This document shows, in pieces, positions 44,499-57,574 of a stretch of 64,000 nucleotides of DNA. Below the pieces are notes generated by a model. That model made no database searches and was not told the DNA's origin. It worked only from the letters and a program-made list of their open reading frames with translations. This DNA comes from Mytilus trossulus (Eukaryota). The translations under genes were made by a program, and so were the position numbers. The stretch covers positions 13,516,001 through 13,580,000 of the forward strand of contig NC_086377.1 of NCBI RefSeq assembly GCF_036588685.1, in the 5' to 3' direction. The stretch's first letter is position 1; each line of letters opens with the position of its first letter.

Positions 44499-46036
44499 AT
44501 GGCAACTCACCATGATGATTTCCTGGACACACCGGAATATTCAATAGGTATCATTCATTTCTTTAAAATCATCATGATCTTCATAAAGTTACAAATTAAC
44601 AACAACTACACTTTGTCAATGTTGTCATTAAAATAGCACACACAATTTCTTGCTACAACTTTCCTCACAAATGGGATTAACTTGCTTTTCCAGAGTTCAC
44701 AAACATGTCAAAATTTGCTCAAGTTTGTGCATACAGCAGTTTGATAACACATATAACATAGGCAATGATATTTGGGTTGGTGCATGTAAATTAAAGTCTA
44801 CATAACGATACATTTGATTTCTAAACATCTCTGATTGCACAAGCTTTACCAGAAAAAAGGATAATTACTACAAATGTATGAAAATTATTTACTCCCACTG
44901 CTTACATTTATAAACTTTGTTACAGGTGAGCAAAGTACTCATTGTTTCTATCTGAACATGTGACATCAACATGATAGTTCATGCAACCTTCATTCATTAA
45001 CAAACAATGTTCCTTTAGGTTTAATATTATGCTAATTATAAACTGTCCATGACTGTTATAACCTGAATTAAAATAACATAAATATATAAATATCATCAAT
45101 GCAAACAAATGAAAACAATGTTCAAACCTCTGATTACGTTGGATAAAAACCGCAATTTTTATACGAGTGCATGCTAAACAAATTTCTTGATAGAGGGGTC
45201 TAAATACAGCAAAAACAACATTTTCCAAAAGACCAAAAAAGTGAAAATTTATATTTTAACAAAACGCATTTGATTAGCAGGTCGAACAACTGATGTTCTT
45301 AAACCCTGCTGACTGTCATCGATGATGGCCAAATAAACGGATAACTAGGTGTTACAACATGGGTCTTCTATTACTTAATTACCAAACAGAAAACAATAAA
45401 CCTGTGGAAAAGATGGTATACCGCAAACATGAGGTGCAAAAATTTGTACACCATATCCGGATTTCTACAGTTAATGTCTCTTCAGTGATGTTTGGAATAT
45501 AAATGGTATATAATTTGAAGGCCATATAATTTACCTCAATTTAGGATAGACTCTTGAATATATATATATCAACAATGTAATTATTTACATCAATTTTTTT
45601 ATTTCTTTTCAATTTTATAGATAATCAACACCATACTGATATCCATCTGCCATTACATTGCCAGCTCCAAAAAATACTTTTGTTAATGAACAAATTTAAG
45701 CACAACACAACCAAAAGTGCAATTGCAATAGATGCGTGGGTGACAACAAACAAAACTGCAGAGCTAAGAGAGGAAAGCATAGAAATTCAGCGCATTATCA
45801 GATCAGATCTGAATAAGATTATAGATTTAACCAGCAACTGCAAAGCAGAAGCCTCTAAACTGATTTCCACATTGCATGAATGCAAATGTAAAAATGACAA
45901 GTTAACTGAAGAACTTAAGTTAAAAACAGAGCAATGTGATGACCTTAAATTACAAGTAGACGAGCTAAATTTTTCAGACTTAGAGATAAGAATGGAAGAA
46001 ACTGATAAGGAAAAAGAGAAAGCCTCAGATAAATGA
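44499..46036 (+). CDS. Candidate two-exon passenger gene in the Helitron, ~155-aa coiled-coil protein (exons 44499-44547 and 45621-46036)
   Basis: ATG 44499; donor AG|GTATC at 44548; polypyrimidine TTTCTTTTCAATTTTATAG acceptor at 45620. The phase-1 join is in frame with the 45680-46036 heptad-rich ORF. Confidence 0.4.
45448..45491 (-). ncRNA. Degenerate type I hammerhead ribozyme
   Basis: Minus strand ACAUCA-CUGAAGA-GACA-UUAAC-UGUA-GAAA-UCCGGA-UA-UGGUGU; helix II closing pair mutated. Confidence 0.6.
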
Positions 46037-46571
46037 ACAACACGATTAAAATGAATTAATATGATATTCATATATGATATTCATATTGTTATTGACTCTT
46101 CTTTGATACTTTGACATTTTAGTGTGTGTGAGTGTTTAAAAAAAATATACTTAAATTAAGAAAGGTATTCTTTATATGTTTATAATACAATTCTGTTTTT
46201 GTTTTGTTAATTTTTGTGTGTTTCAAAATAACACAATACCTAAATGAAGAAAGGTATACTATTTATACTTTTTAAAATGATGAATAAACAGTTTTTGCAA
46301 TTTACTTTTAGTCAACTGTTAGTGTTTCACTTTAAGAAAAAAAATAAAATGACAGATTTTGTAAACATTTTACAAAAGTCATAAAGATATCTACATAACA
46401 ATTGGGTCATCTTGACCTACATTTCATCCTTGAGTCACTTTGCTTTAGTTTTAGGTTCAGATCAATATCTACAATACTATACATCATATATCAATAAAAC
46501 TTCATCAGTAAGGGCATCTTACAGAGTAATGACTGAGTATACAAACAACAAATAGGTCACCTCATGATGTA

Positions 46572-49500
46572 ATGAAAACAAATGAAAATTTTCAATTAAT
46601 TTTAACGTCTGATACCACAAAGGACTCAAGACGCTACAATTTGCCAACTTCTTCTGAAATTTCAGTTATACTCCCTGGAACTAACACTACAGAACCTTCG
46701 AAACGTGATATTGTTTTAGACTGTAGATCCACTTATCACCCTGAAGGGCATAACATAATTCATATCAATGAAACACACTCAAAATATGACTCTCTACATT
46801 ATGTACTATTGTTTCCTTTCGGTGAAGATGGTTGGCATATTGATATCAAACACAATGACAATAAAAGGAAAGTTTCGGCAATGGAGTTCTATTCTTACCG
46901 CTTAATGCAAAGATCAGATTTTAATATTATATTGAAAAGTGGAAGGCTATTTCATCAATACATAGTTGATCAGTTTGCTAAAATTGAGCAAGAAAGACTT
47001 AACTATTGCCTTTATCATCAACATGAATTAAGATCTGAACTTTACCAAGGTCTCAGTGATGCTATAAACTCAGGTGATGTTGACGGTGCAACTGTTGGAA
47101 AAAAAATTATTCTGCCATCTTCATTTACTGGCAGTCCACGTTGTATGCATCAGCTTTACCAAGACGCTATGTCTATTGTAAGGAAGTTTGGAAAACCAGA
47201 TCTCTTCATAACTTTCACATGCAATCCTAACTGGCCTGAAATTAAAAATGCTCTCTTGGGTAATCAAACACCTGCAGACCGTCCAGATCTCACAGCACGT
47301 GTTTTCCATCTTAAGTTAAAGAACCTACTTAATGATATTGTCCAGCAACCAATATTTGGAAAAACATTGGCACATGTATATATAGTTGAATTTCAAAAAC
47401 GTGGATTACCCCATTCCCACATTCTTATAATATTACATCATGACAGCAAACCATTCACACCAGATGCATATGATGAATATGTATCAGCTGAAATTCCTGA
47501 TCCAAAATTGTTACCAGACTTGCACAAATTAGTTGTGTCCCATATGATACATGGACCATGTGGAGAAGCGAACAAGCATTCACCATGTATTGAGAATGGA
47601 AAATGTACTAAACAATTTCCAAAACAGTTTTATGAAAAAACATTCCAAACCACTGACGGTTATCCTAACTATAGACGCAGGGATAATGGAACAACAATTG
47701 AAAAAAATGGAGCAATTGTAGACAATCGATGGGTAGTACCATATAATCCATACCTATTAGCAAAATTTGTAGCTCACATTAACGTTGAAATATGTACAAG
47801 TATTACAGCAGTAAAATATTTGTACAAATATGTGTACAAGGGACCTGATAGAGTCATGGCAGGAACTGAACAAGTCTGTACAAAAAATGATTCCAAAAAT
47901 ATTATCAATGAAATAACAAACTTTGTAGATGCTAGGTACATATCTGCATCTGAAGCAAGCTGGCGTATATTTCATTACGAATTACATGACAGGTCACCAG
48001 CTATTCAACGTTTAGCCGTTCATCTTCCACACCAAGAAAATGTTGTTTATAAGGTCGGAAATGCAGTGCACACCTTAGAACATGCAAAAAACACTACACT
48101 TACTGCATGGTTTAAAATAAACGCAGAGGACCCAAATGCAAGATCAGTGTTGTACCATCATTTCCCAGAACAATATACTTGGGACCCATCTACATCCACA
48201 TGGAAGCCTCGAAAAGCAGGAAATATGATTGGTAGGGTATACCAAGCAAATCCATCTGAAGGTGAACGCTTTTACCTAAGACTTCTCTTACACCACATAC
48301 CAGGGTGTAAATCGTTTGAAGATCTGCGAAGTTTAGATGATGGCACTATTTGTGACTCTTTCAAAGAGGCAGCACTCAAACGTGGCTTTTTACAAGACGA
48401 CCAAGAATGGATTGAATGTCTACAAGAAGCAACTTTATCTGCATCTCCTGCACACATAAGGTCACTTTTTGTTACAATTTTAATTTTCTGCGAGCCTTCA
48501 AATCACATAGTACTTTGGGAGAATTTCAAAGGTCCTATGTCTGACGATATTAAATATAAAATGACAAATATCTGCGCGAACAACAATGAAGATTCTGTAA
48601 CTAATTGACTACTTACAGTTTTAGAAAGTCAACTCCGTATTCATGGAAAATCATTGTTTGATTTCCCAGGAATGCCACATCCAACCGAGGAAAATCCTTC
48701 AGATATGACATATGAACCAAACTTCTGCCCTGCTGAGCAAAAACAAATAGCTGACATGAATGTGTTGATGCTTAACACAGATCAACGTTAAGTTTTTCAA
48801 GCAATCATGGATGCTATCCAGACTGAAACTAAACAAAAAATATTCTTTGTTGATGGCCCTGGAGGATCAGGGAAGACCTTTTTATACAATACTTTATTAG
48901 CACGTGTCCGATCGGAACATAGGGTTGCCCTGGCTGTGGCATCATCTGGCATTGCAGCCGAATTATTGAGTGGAGGGAGGACAGCTCATTCCACATTTAA
49001 AATACCTATCCCAATACTAGTAACAAGTACATGTAATATAAGCAAGCAAAGTATATTAGCAGAATCAATCCGTACCGCATCAATTATTATTTGGGACGAG
49101 GCTCCAATGGTCCATAAACATGTTATTGAGTGTGTTCACAGAACTTTCTGTGATATAATGGAATGTAATGATCCATTTGGAGGCAAAATTGTTATGTTAG
49201 GCGGTGACTTTAGACAGATTCTTCCGGTTATAAGGCATGGGAGGCAAGCCGACATTGTCGAAAGTAACCTAAAGAGGTCATTCTTATGGCAGAATATACA
49301 AACATTGCCTTTAACTATCAATATGCGTGTTCGCACAAATAATTCATTTTCCGATGAAGCATTTGAAAAATTTCTTCTTCGTATAGGCAATGGAACACAG
49401 CAAATTTTGGATGATGGACAATCTACCATTGAGTTACCAAGATATATATGTATTGAGCCAAATAATAATGGACTCCAAAAATTGATAGATAGTGTATATT

Positions 49501-50202
49501 CAAATTTGAAAACGGTAGATCCTGATAATAGTTATTTGGGAAGAGCAATATTAACTACCAAAAATGAAAATGTGGACAAAATTAACACCTTAGTCATGGA
49601 TCAATTTCCTGCTACACCATCAAACACCAAAATTTATCTCAGTGCTGATGCAGTTGCAGATGAAGACCAGCAAGGTCATTATCCAACTGAATTTCTGAAT
49701 TCGTTAACACCGTCTGGAACACCTCCACACAAATTGTACTTAAAGAAAAAAGCGCCCATAATACTTTTGCGCAATTTAAATCCTACAGAGGGATTACTTA
49801 ATGGAACACGACTATGTGTGCTTAACTTAGGCACCAGAATTATAGAGGCTAAAATTCAGAATTATAGAGGCTAAAATTCTAACTGGACAACATTCTGGCA
49901 ATACTGTATTTTTACCAAGGATTACAATCATTCCATCAGATCCTGGACTTCCCTTTGACCTAAAACGCCGACAATTTCCTATTAGACCAGCCTTTGGAAT
50001 TACAATTAATAAGTCTCAGGGACAAACATTAGATCATATTGGTTTAGACCTCACAGAGCCAGTTTTCTCACATGGACAATTATATGTAGCCCTATCTAGA
50101 ATCCGCTCTTTTCGTTCATTAACAATACTTCCTAACAAAGATTCCTTCGTCAATGAGAAATACACAACACAAAATATAGTGTACAAGGAAGTTTTAAATT
50201 AA
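46572..50202 (+). pseudogene. Helitron1 RepHel (HUH Rep and Pif1 helicase) with two in-frame stops and one frameshift
   Basis: ILPSSFTGSPR, GKPDLFITFTCNP, VEFQKRGLPHSH, YLYKYVYKG, DGPGGSGKT, DEAPM, GDFRQILPV. Stops at 48606-48608 and ~48789. A 22-bp tandem duplication at 49835-49878 shifts frame before [38 protein letters not shown]. Confidence 0.95.
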
Positions 50203-50359
50203 ACTTCAGACTATTTTTTGTTTAAATAATGTAACATATATTTGCCATCTTTTTATACCTCCACCAGTGAACCGGCCATATATAATATTTTACATATCCG
50301 TCCGTCCGTCTGTACCATTTGTAGGTTTAAACAACTCTTATATATATATATATATATAA

Positions 50360-50670
50360 AAAGAAGATGTGGTGTATTTGCCAACGAGACAACTCTTCAC
50401 AACAGACCAAATTACACAGAAATTAACAATTATAGGTCACCGTACGGCCTTCAACAGTAAGCAAAGCCCATACCGCATTGTAAGCTATTAAAGGTCCCAA
50501 AATGACATGTAAAACAATTCAAACGAGAAAATTGACGGCCTAATTCACGTACAAAAAATGAACGAAAACCAAATATGTATATATTATAACACAGCAACAA
50601 AAGATAACCACTGAATTGCAGGCTCCTGACTTGGGACAGGCACATATAAATATAATGTGGCGGGGTTAAA
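50360..50670 (+). repeat. Abundant interspersed repeat (AAGAAGATGTGGT..GCCAATGAGACAACT family)
   Basis: Related copies on the minus strand at ~16548-16630, 26830-27020, 44160-44350 and 62040-62270. Confidence 0.7.
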
Positions 50671-52659
50671 CATGCAAGTTAGCAGGATTATGTATTGAAG
50701 CGAAATTTCTAACACAAATTTAATGTACTGTCTCTCTGTAGTGTTTGTTGTTGTGCACCACGGTTTCTTTTTTTTTCTCACTTGGATGTCTATGGCAGTG
50801 CTTATTTATGACATCTGCAACTCCGCACTTCCCATTCTATCTTATACAACAGACTTTTCTCTTTTTACATCTAAACTGTTTGTGCACTATCACATTTGAT
50901 CTGTAGGGTAGGTTGCAGGGTTATTAGATAACTTTTTTTTGTCATACACAGTATGGAACAATCTGATCAAATAAAAATAGTAATAGTTCAGAGCAAGTTC
51001 CAGATTTAGAGATTTGATATTCCGGGATTGACAAGACATTTCAAATTGCGCATTGTATAATCATTAAAACACCCTGGAGAATATACACACTTTATTCTTT
51101 CAGAACAATCCATTTCACTACATCCAAAATATTCATTCAAATTTACACAATCAATCGGCAATAACACTGCACAATCACGGGTTTTTACTAGTATACATAT
51201 ATGATACGCCATGTGGTCATATGAAATTGGATATCTTGCATTTAAACATATTATTAATCAAACTATCATCCTGCATTAATCATAATAATTCATTTATATT
51301 TGAAATACACCAATTGGCAAAATTATCAGGCTATCCCCAGCATAAATTTTGATGATTAATTCATAGAAGTTAGGGACAAGCGTTTTACTGCCGGTCGGAA
51401 GAAGACCAAGTGACCATATCTCTATACCCCAGTCACCCTTGGGGAAAATTGAAATACATAACAATGAATAAAAAACAAATATGAAAATTAAACCACTAAA
51501 ATTGCACGCTTTTAACTTGAGATATCATGCAGGGATAGTGTATATGTGTGCAATGAGAAGATATACACTGGTAAACACATTGGACAACACGTTCTCTAGT
51601 CATGGATTTGGTTGTGCTTGACTTAAAACATGCTTTTATTAGTAGTAGCTACTTGTTACTAACTAAGTAATTTCCAGTTGTTTTTTTTGCATATTTGGAA
51701 TAAAAAAAACAAAAAAACCAGACAAAAAATATAAAACCGATGTCTTCCATAGGTATTGCTTCTAATCTATACACTAAAATTTCCAGACATATTGATAGCA
51801 TTATGAAAATAATTCCAGTGTATTTAAGTTATCGAAAGTTATTAAAATCTGGAATTCCACAAAAATTTTGTAATAGTAAATAGCCATGGCGTTGTCAATT
51901 TGTTTTAGATTTACGAGTTTGACTGTCCCTTTGGTATCTTTGGTCCCCCCTTTGTAATAGTAAAAAATATTTCCCTGGAATTTTTTGTAACATCTGATGT
52001 CTTCCATAGGGGGGGGGGCAGAATATTTCTGGAATAGCCCAATGAAATCATAAACTACAGGTAATAATTGCATCACACGCGCAACCTCAATCATTGCACT
52101 AGCAACGACAAAAACATTTACCTATGGGATCTAACGAGTTGGCCGATAATCAATAGTGCTACGATGTAAATTCACGACGCTATGTTTATAATATTTAATT
52201 TTTTTCTATCGATATCGTTATAGTTACATGTAATTTAGGGCTACTTGTCTAATGATTTACCTTACCGAATGGTGTGTATACTAGTAACGACATATTTATT
52301 TACCTGTATCATTTTGTGTAAATAGTTTAGTCGTTGTAAGTATCACGTGTTTTTATTATTGTTTCAGGCGTTAAATGCCGCCCATTAAGGGAAGAGTAAT
52401 TAAAGCTTGTCTGATAAGATTGAAATCCATTGTCTACACGTTCATAACAATATAATATGCTTTACTAATGCATCTGAGGTTTAGTTTAGGAATCGATACC
52501 GGTCCTTGCCTTAAAACACATGATTCCTCATTCTTGTTCAGATTTAACGTGTTCATACTGATATCTTTGTTTTTATTGTCGTGTATGCGAATGTTGGCAC
52601 ATTTATAGTAAAGTAAAATCAGAAATGGAAAAGAGAAATATCACATATTGTTATAGGGA

Positions 52660-53042
52660 CCCTAAGGGTGACTGGGGTATAAAAATATGGTCACATGGCC
52701 TTCAGAAAAACGCTTGCCGAAGAGGGGCGTCCGTTTGGCTGTGCGGCATGTATAAGTTCGCAGTCACGTCTGGTCAGAAAGGGGACGTCCACGCTCTTTG
52801 TACGTTAAGAACCCTTGCAACAACTCTTTGAGGGGTCCGTAGGTGGCCTGTTGCAAGGCAAAAATTCTGTCTCTATCCAAGATACCCTCATTTTCCAGTG
52901 GCAGTCCAAATTACCCCCACACCACCACCACCACCATCCTCTTATTATAACAACCTACCTATTGTATTTATTGTGAACTTGTTTTCGTCCTGAATATGCA
53001 TGAAATATTTGCCACTGGACGTTAAACAACCAACAATCAATC
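52660..53042 (+). mobile_element. SINE copy, same family as 25116-25548
   Basis: Starts CCCTAAGGGTGACTGGGG and ends AAACAACCAACAATCAATC. Further fragments at 51378-51444 (-), 56270-56388 (+) and 62905-63075 (+). Confidence 0.85.
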
Positions 53043-54795
53043 ATATGTCACAGGACTCATACTCTATCGACACATTCGTACGATATCATTCTTGTGGATT
53101 TACATTTGTATTAAAATAGTAATGAGTGGCTGTTCAAGTCATTAACAAAACGCGTTATTTTAATCTTAATTAATCAAATATTTTAGTGATATCCTGTTTG
53201 AATGTACTTTTTGCAACAATTATTAACTCCAAGACTCTTTTTGTTGGCCCACATGTTTGGGATTTCATGTATATTAAATTTAGTATCGCATTAAAATCTA
53301 ATTTTTCATATCATGTATAAAGGTAGAAATATGTCTGAGAAATAAAAAGTAAAAACACTAAAATACTGAACCCCGAGGAAAATCCAAAATCAAAAGTCCA
53401 AACACATCAAACGTATGGGTAACAACTGTCATATTCCTGACTTGGTACAGGCATTTTCGAATGTAGAAAATAAACATTAGAAAATAATATATCCTTCCTG
53501 TTATCAAAAAAAATAATTAACTTCTAGGTATTGTGTTTTGTATTTAAAAAGTGTCAAATTTTGTCAAAATTGAATTGGCTATTATTGCATTCTTAATAAC
53601 TTATCTTTTTAATAATAAAAAAAAGTTTGGTATTTATGTAACTAAATTCAAAAACAAACTATAGGAATCCAGAGTCCGTTCTTATGATGTGCCAACAAAG
53701 AACTCATCATATGAATTGATTCAAGCATGAACAAAATAACACTCACCTCCACATTTCTTCCCCGTGCTTCAGCATTTGGTTCAGTCGTGTCATGCTACCA
53801 GGAAAAGAAATGTTTAGCTTATTGTTGTAATATTAAAAGAACCTCAAATTTGCTCCATTTTTAAAGCATTTGAAAAGAATTAAATGCAAAAAGAAATCGT
53901 CGAGCGTTTCGTGATGTTGAAAGCAGCTTTTCTTGTGTAATAGGTTAGCGATGGGGTAAAATGAGAAAATTAAGTATTCAACATATGTAGAACAATCTCA
54001 AAAGTTTTTGTCTACATAACCAAATTAAAATTAAATTAAGTACGTTTAAGGTTTTATATTATCACACATGACTTATTGTACTAGATTAATTAAGTTTTGG
54101 GAGGTTGTTTTAAAATAAAAGTGATAAAGTTTTGGAAGTTGTTTTTTTTAAATGCAAATGATATTGTTTTGGAAGGTCTTGTTTTAAAATAAAAATGACA
54201 AGTTTGTCAAAATTTGGACATTTGAAATTCTATACATATCAACACCATACCTGCCTAGAGACAGATGAATCAATGCCAAGGTCAGACAAATCACAACTGT
54301 CAGTCTCTTCCTTAAATCATAGAAATATAGATGGTAATGTTTGATGCACATAGGATACACTTTAAACAATATTTTGGTTTGCCAAAACCCTTACCAAGGA
54401 TAGAAACATTGGGTAGATAGGCTTTTTTTTCGTATCTGAAAAAGAAAAACTGAAGTGAAATATGTTTTTTTGTCATGCAGATAATATTAAAAAAATGTTT
54501 CAAATTTAGGTTATAAAAGATTTTAAGTCGGCAGCTATTTTCTGGGTAGGTAGGGTTAGGGAAAACAAACATATTGTTTGTTGTGGCCAAACAGTGTTAA
54601 GCATGCATATCAATAATGTGGTCATTTTAATAAATTTCCCTGTTAACAAAAGTTTTAAATTTTTCGAAAAACGAAGGATTTTCTTATTCTAGGCACAGAT
54701 TTCCGTATCCGTATTTGGCACAACTTTTTGGAATTTTGGATCCTCAATGCTCTTTAACTTTGTAAGTGTTTAGCTTTATAAATATATCGATATTA

Positions 54796-54839
54796 GCGTC
54801 ACTGATGAGTCTAATGTAGACGAAACGCGCTTCTGGCGT
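54796..54839 (+). ncRNA. Type I hammerhead ribozyme in a second retrozyme family (element ~54605-54872); helix III mutated
   Basis: GCGUCA-CUGAUGA-GUCUA-AUG-UAGAC-GAAA-CGCGCU-UC-UGGCGU. Confidence 0.8.
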
Positions 54840-57122
54840 ACTAAATTATAATGCTGGTACCTTTCATAACTATTAAGCACTATATTATAGTATGTTATAG
54901 TTCGTTTCTGTGTGTGTTACATTTAAAGTTGTGTCGTTTGTTTTCTTTTATTTTGAGTGTAAGTTCACATTACAATAAGACTTGTCACGGTACTTATCTA
55001 TCCCAAATTCATGTATTTGGTACTTAGGTTATATTTGTTATTCTCATAGGATTTTGTCTGATGCTTAGTCCGTTGTTATATGTGTTTCATTTTAATGGTG
55101 TTTCGATGTTCTCTGATATTAAACGCGTTTCCCTCAGTTATTGTTTGTTGTCCATGGATTTATGAGTTATGAACAGCGGTACACTACTGTTGCCTTTATA
55201 GTTCGTTTCTGTGTGTGTTACACTTTAACGTTGTGTCGATTGTTTTCTCTTATTTTTTTAGTGTAAATTCACATTATAATAAGACGTGTCACGGTACTTA
55301 CCTATCCCAAATTTATGTATTTGGTTTTGATGTTATATTCGTTTTTCTCTTCTTTTTTTTAATTTTAGAACTTTTTATTTCATTTAAATTAAACCTAAAT
55401 AACATAGAACGAAAGTTTCAGTAAACTAAACATAGTGTACAACTCTAAATATTCCAATACATAAATGCTTAAACAACGTAAATATATTCTTAATTACACA
55501 ATAAAACTGCTTTGATTGTATTCAAACAACCAGGAATCTGTCTACTTTCACTTTTCAGATAACTTTGTATACATGTAAATAAATTCTGTGTTTTTTACTT
55601 TAATGATTCTGAGTAGTATAAAGTTTATCTTAGATGCATTTTAAAATCATTGCACGTCTTCAATATATAAGAACACAGTTCAGTTGTCCTCCACATTGCA
55701 GATATTTTATCCAAGGACAAATTACAATATTAATTAATTATAACAAAAACACAAATCTAAGTGCAGTAAAATATTCTCCCCTATTCTGTAAAGACATTCT
55801 TGTTCTTATTCTTTCTTAATTGTGTGGCCAGCACTAAATCTTGTTTAACCTTGTCCTTCTATTTTCTATCACTTAGAACACATTATCATTATCCAACATG
55901 AACTTAAAACAAGAAATTAAACAGATAGTCGGGGTGCAATTTTATGTGATATATGATATTAAGTGTTTTTGAAATTTAACAGAAAAATTCATTCATATAC
56001 ATAATAAACATCTAAATAGGTGCACTCTTTCTAAAACACGCAGCAATCTGACAAAATGAAAGAAAACTAGTCTTGTATTATAGAATCTTTTGAAATGGAA
56101 TGATGAAGTTAGCAACATATAATAATGCAGAAAAAAATTAATTTCTAGCATCATTTGGGTAAAACAGAGTAAAGCAAGCTTCATAATGTCTGTGTCATAG
56201 CAAGTTGCTAAGGTTTGGTGCCAAAATAGGAAGATTTTTTTAAATGACAAACAACATTATTACTGTGCACCGACCATCATCCTCTATTATAAAAACCTAC
56301 CTATAGTATTTATTGTTAATTTGTTCTCGTCCTGAATATGCATGAACTATTTGCCACTGGACGTTAAGCAACCAACAATCAATCAATCATAATTGGCTGA
56401 ATTTTAACATTCTTCAAATGATTTAAATATTGCTTTGGATAATTCACAGATTTGGGGTGTTTTTAACTTCAAAAAATATTTGCATTAAACTTTTATGAAC
56501 AGAGTCATCGTCCCTGAACTTGGTTTTCATTAGAATTGTTATTAGTTGTCCATCTGAGTTATATTCTTCAGGATCACTTCGCGGTGTTGGCAAGGAGATC
56601 ACGATCTTGATACTATTGAAACGTGAACGTATAACATCGCATGTCCTAGACATTCTGATGGTAGCAGTGTTTGATTCATCTTCGGTCTCAAATCTGAATA
56701 GAATAAGTAAGAATTTGAATAAAAAGACGATATAAAGAATGGAGATGTATTTAATGGTTAAAGTCCTTAGGATTGCTGCCATCATGATATAATTTAAATT
56801 GATATATCTTTTTCTTCATCTGGCAGTTTAGAAAGTTTATAAAGTTTCGCATCAGAGAATTATAATAACAGTTCACATGAAATTAACTTCAAATGTTTTA
56901 AGCGTGATGTTTTGGTTAAAGTACCTCATTATCTGGTAATATGTAGATCTTCAACCTTTTGCATTCTATTTTAATCTCTCTAATTGTTGCTCCAATTATA
57001 TCTTTTATAAGAAATTTCCCAGATGTTTCATCTAACTGGTCCTAGGGGTCACTGATTGAGCTATTGCTCTTGTTTTGTGTCAATATCTAACTAACACTGA
57101 GAAACATGTATATCACCCCTTC

Positions 57123-57297
57123 TCAACAAAACATGTTTTTGCGTGCTGCTTCCTGTTTCATTTCAATTTGTCGGAACAGGGCTTGTTTCTCTAACATTGC
57201 TTCCTGTTGTAAGATAAGGGCATGTTTTTCGACAGATGCTATTTTAGACTTTGCAACCTCTGCCTTGGCACGCTTTCTCCGTGTCAGGCTTGACATA
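57123..57297 (-). pseudogene. Possible BEL/Pao Gag N-terminal coiled-coil fragment
   Basis: SSLTRRKRAKAEVAKSKIASVEKHALILQQEA resembles the 'RAKAEAAxxxLxF' N-terminus of BEL/Pao Gag; no downstream domains recognised. Confidence 0.3.
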
Positions 57298-57299
57298 GT

Positions 57300-57574
57300 A
57301 ATCAAAGGTACCAGGATTATAATTAAGTACGCCAGACGCCCGTTTCGTCTACATAAGACGCATCAGTGACGCTCATATCAAAATATTTATAAGTCAAACA
57401 AGTACAAAGTTGAAGAGCATTGAGGATCCAAAATTTCAAAAAGTTGTGCCAAAAACGGCTATGGTAATCTTCGCATGGGATAAGTTTTTTAAAAATTTCA
57501 AGGTTTTGTATACAGGAAATGTATGTCAACACCGAATGTTGACTACTGGGCTGATGATACCCTCGGGGACGAAA
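57300..57574 (-). mobile_element. Retrozyme fragment with mutated hammerhead (57329-57372)
   Basis: Reverse-complement homologue of 54605-54872; core reads CUGAUGC instead of CUGAUGA. Confidence 0.8.

Larger units (their letters stand above)
42123..51191 (+). mobile_element. Canonical Helitron (Helitron1), ~9.1 kb, defective
   Basis: 5' A|TCTATAATACTAAAATTACG at 42123; 3' degenerate hairpin ..CACGGGTTTTTACTAG|T ending 51191 (AT target, no TSD); contains RepHel. Termini are inferred from motif pattern. Confidence 0.6.

Noticed and set aside
51328-52040. MITE bounded by GGCTATCCCCAG / CTGGAATAGCCC
   Set aside because: Short imperfect TIR with no clear TSD.
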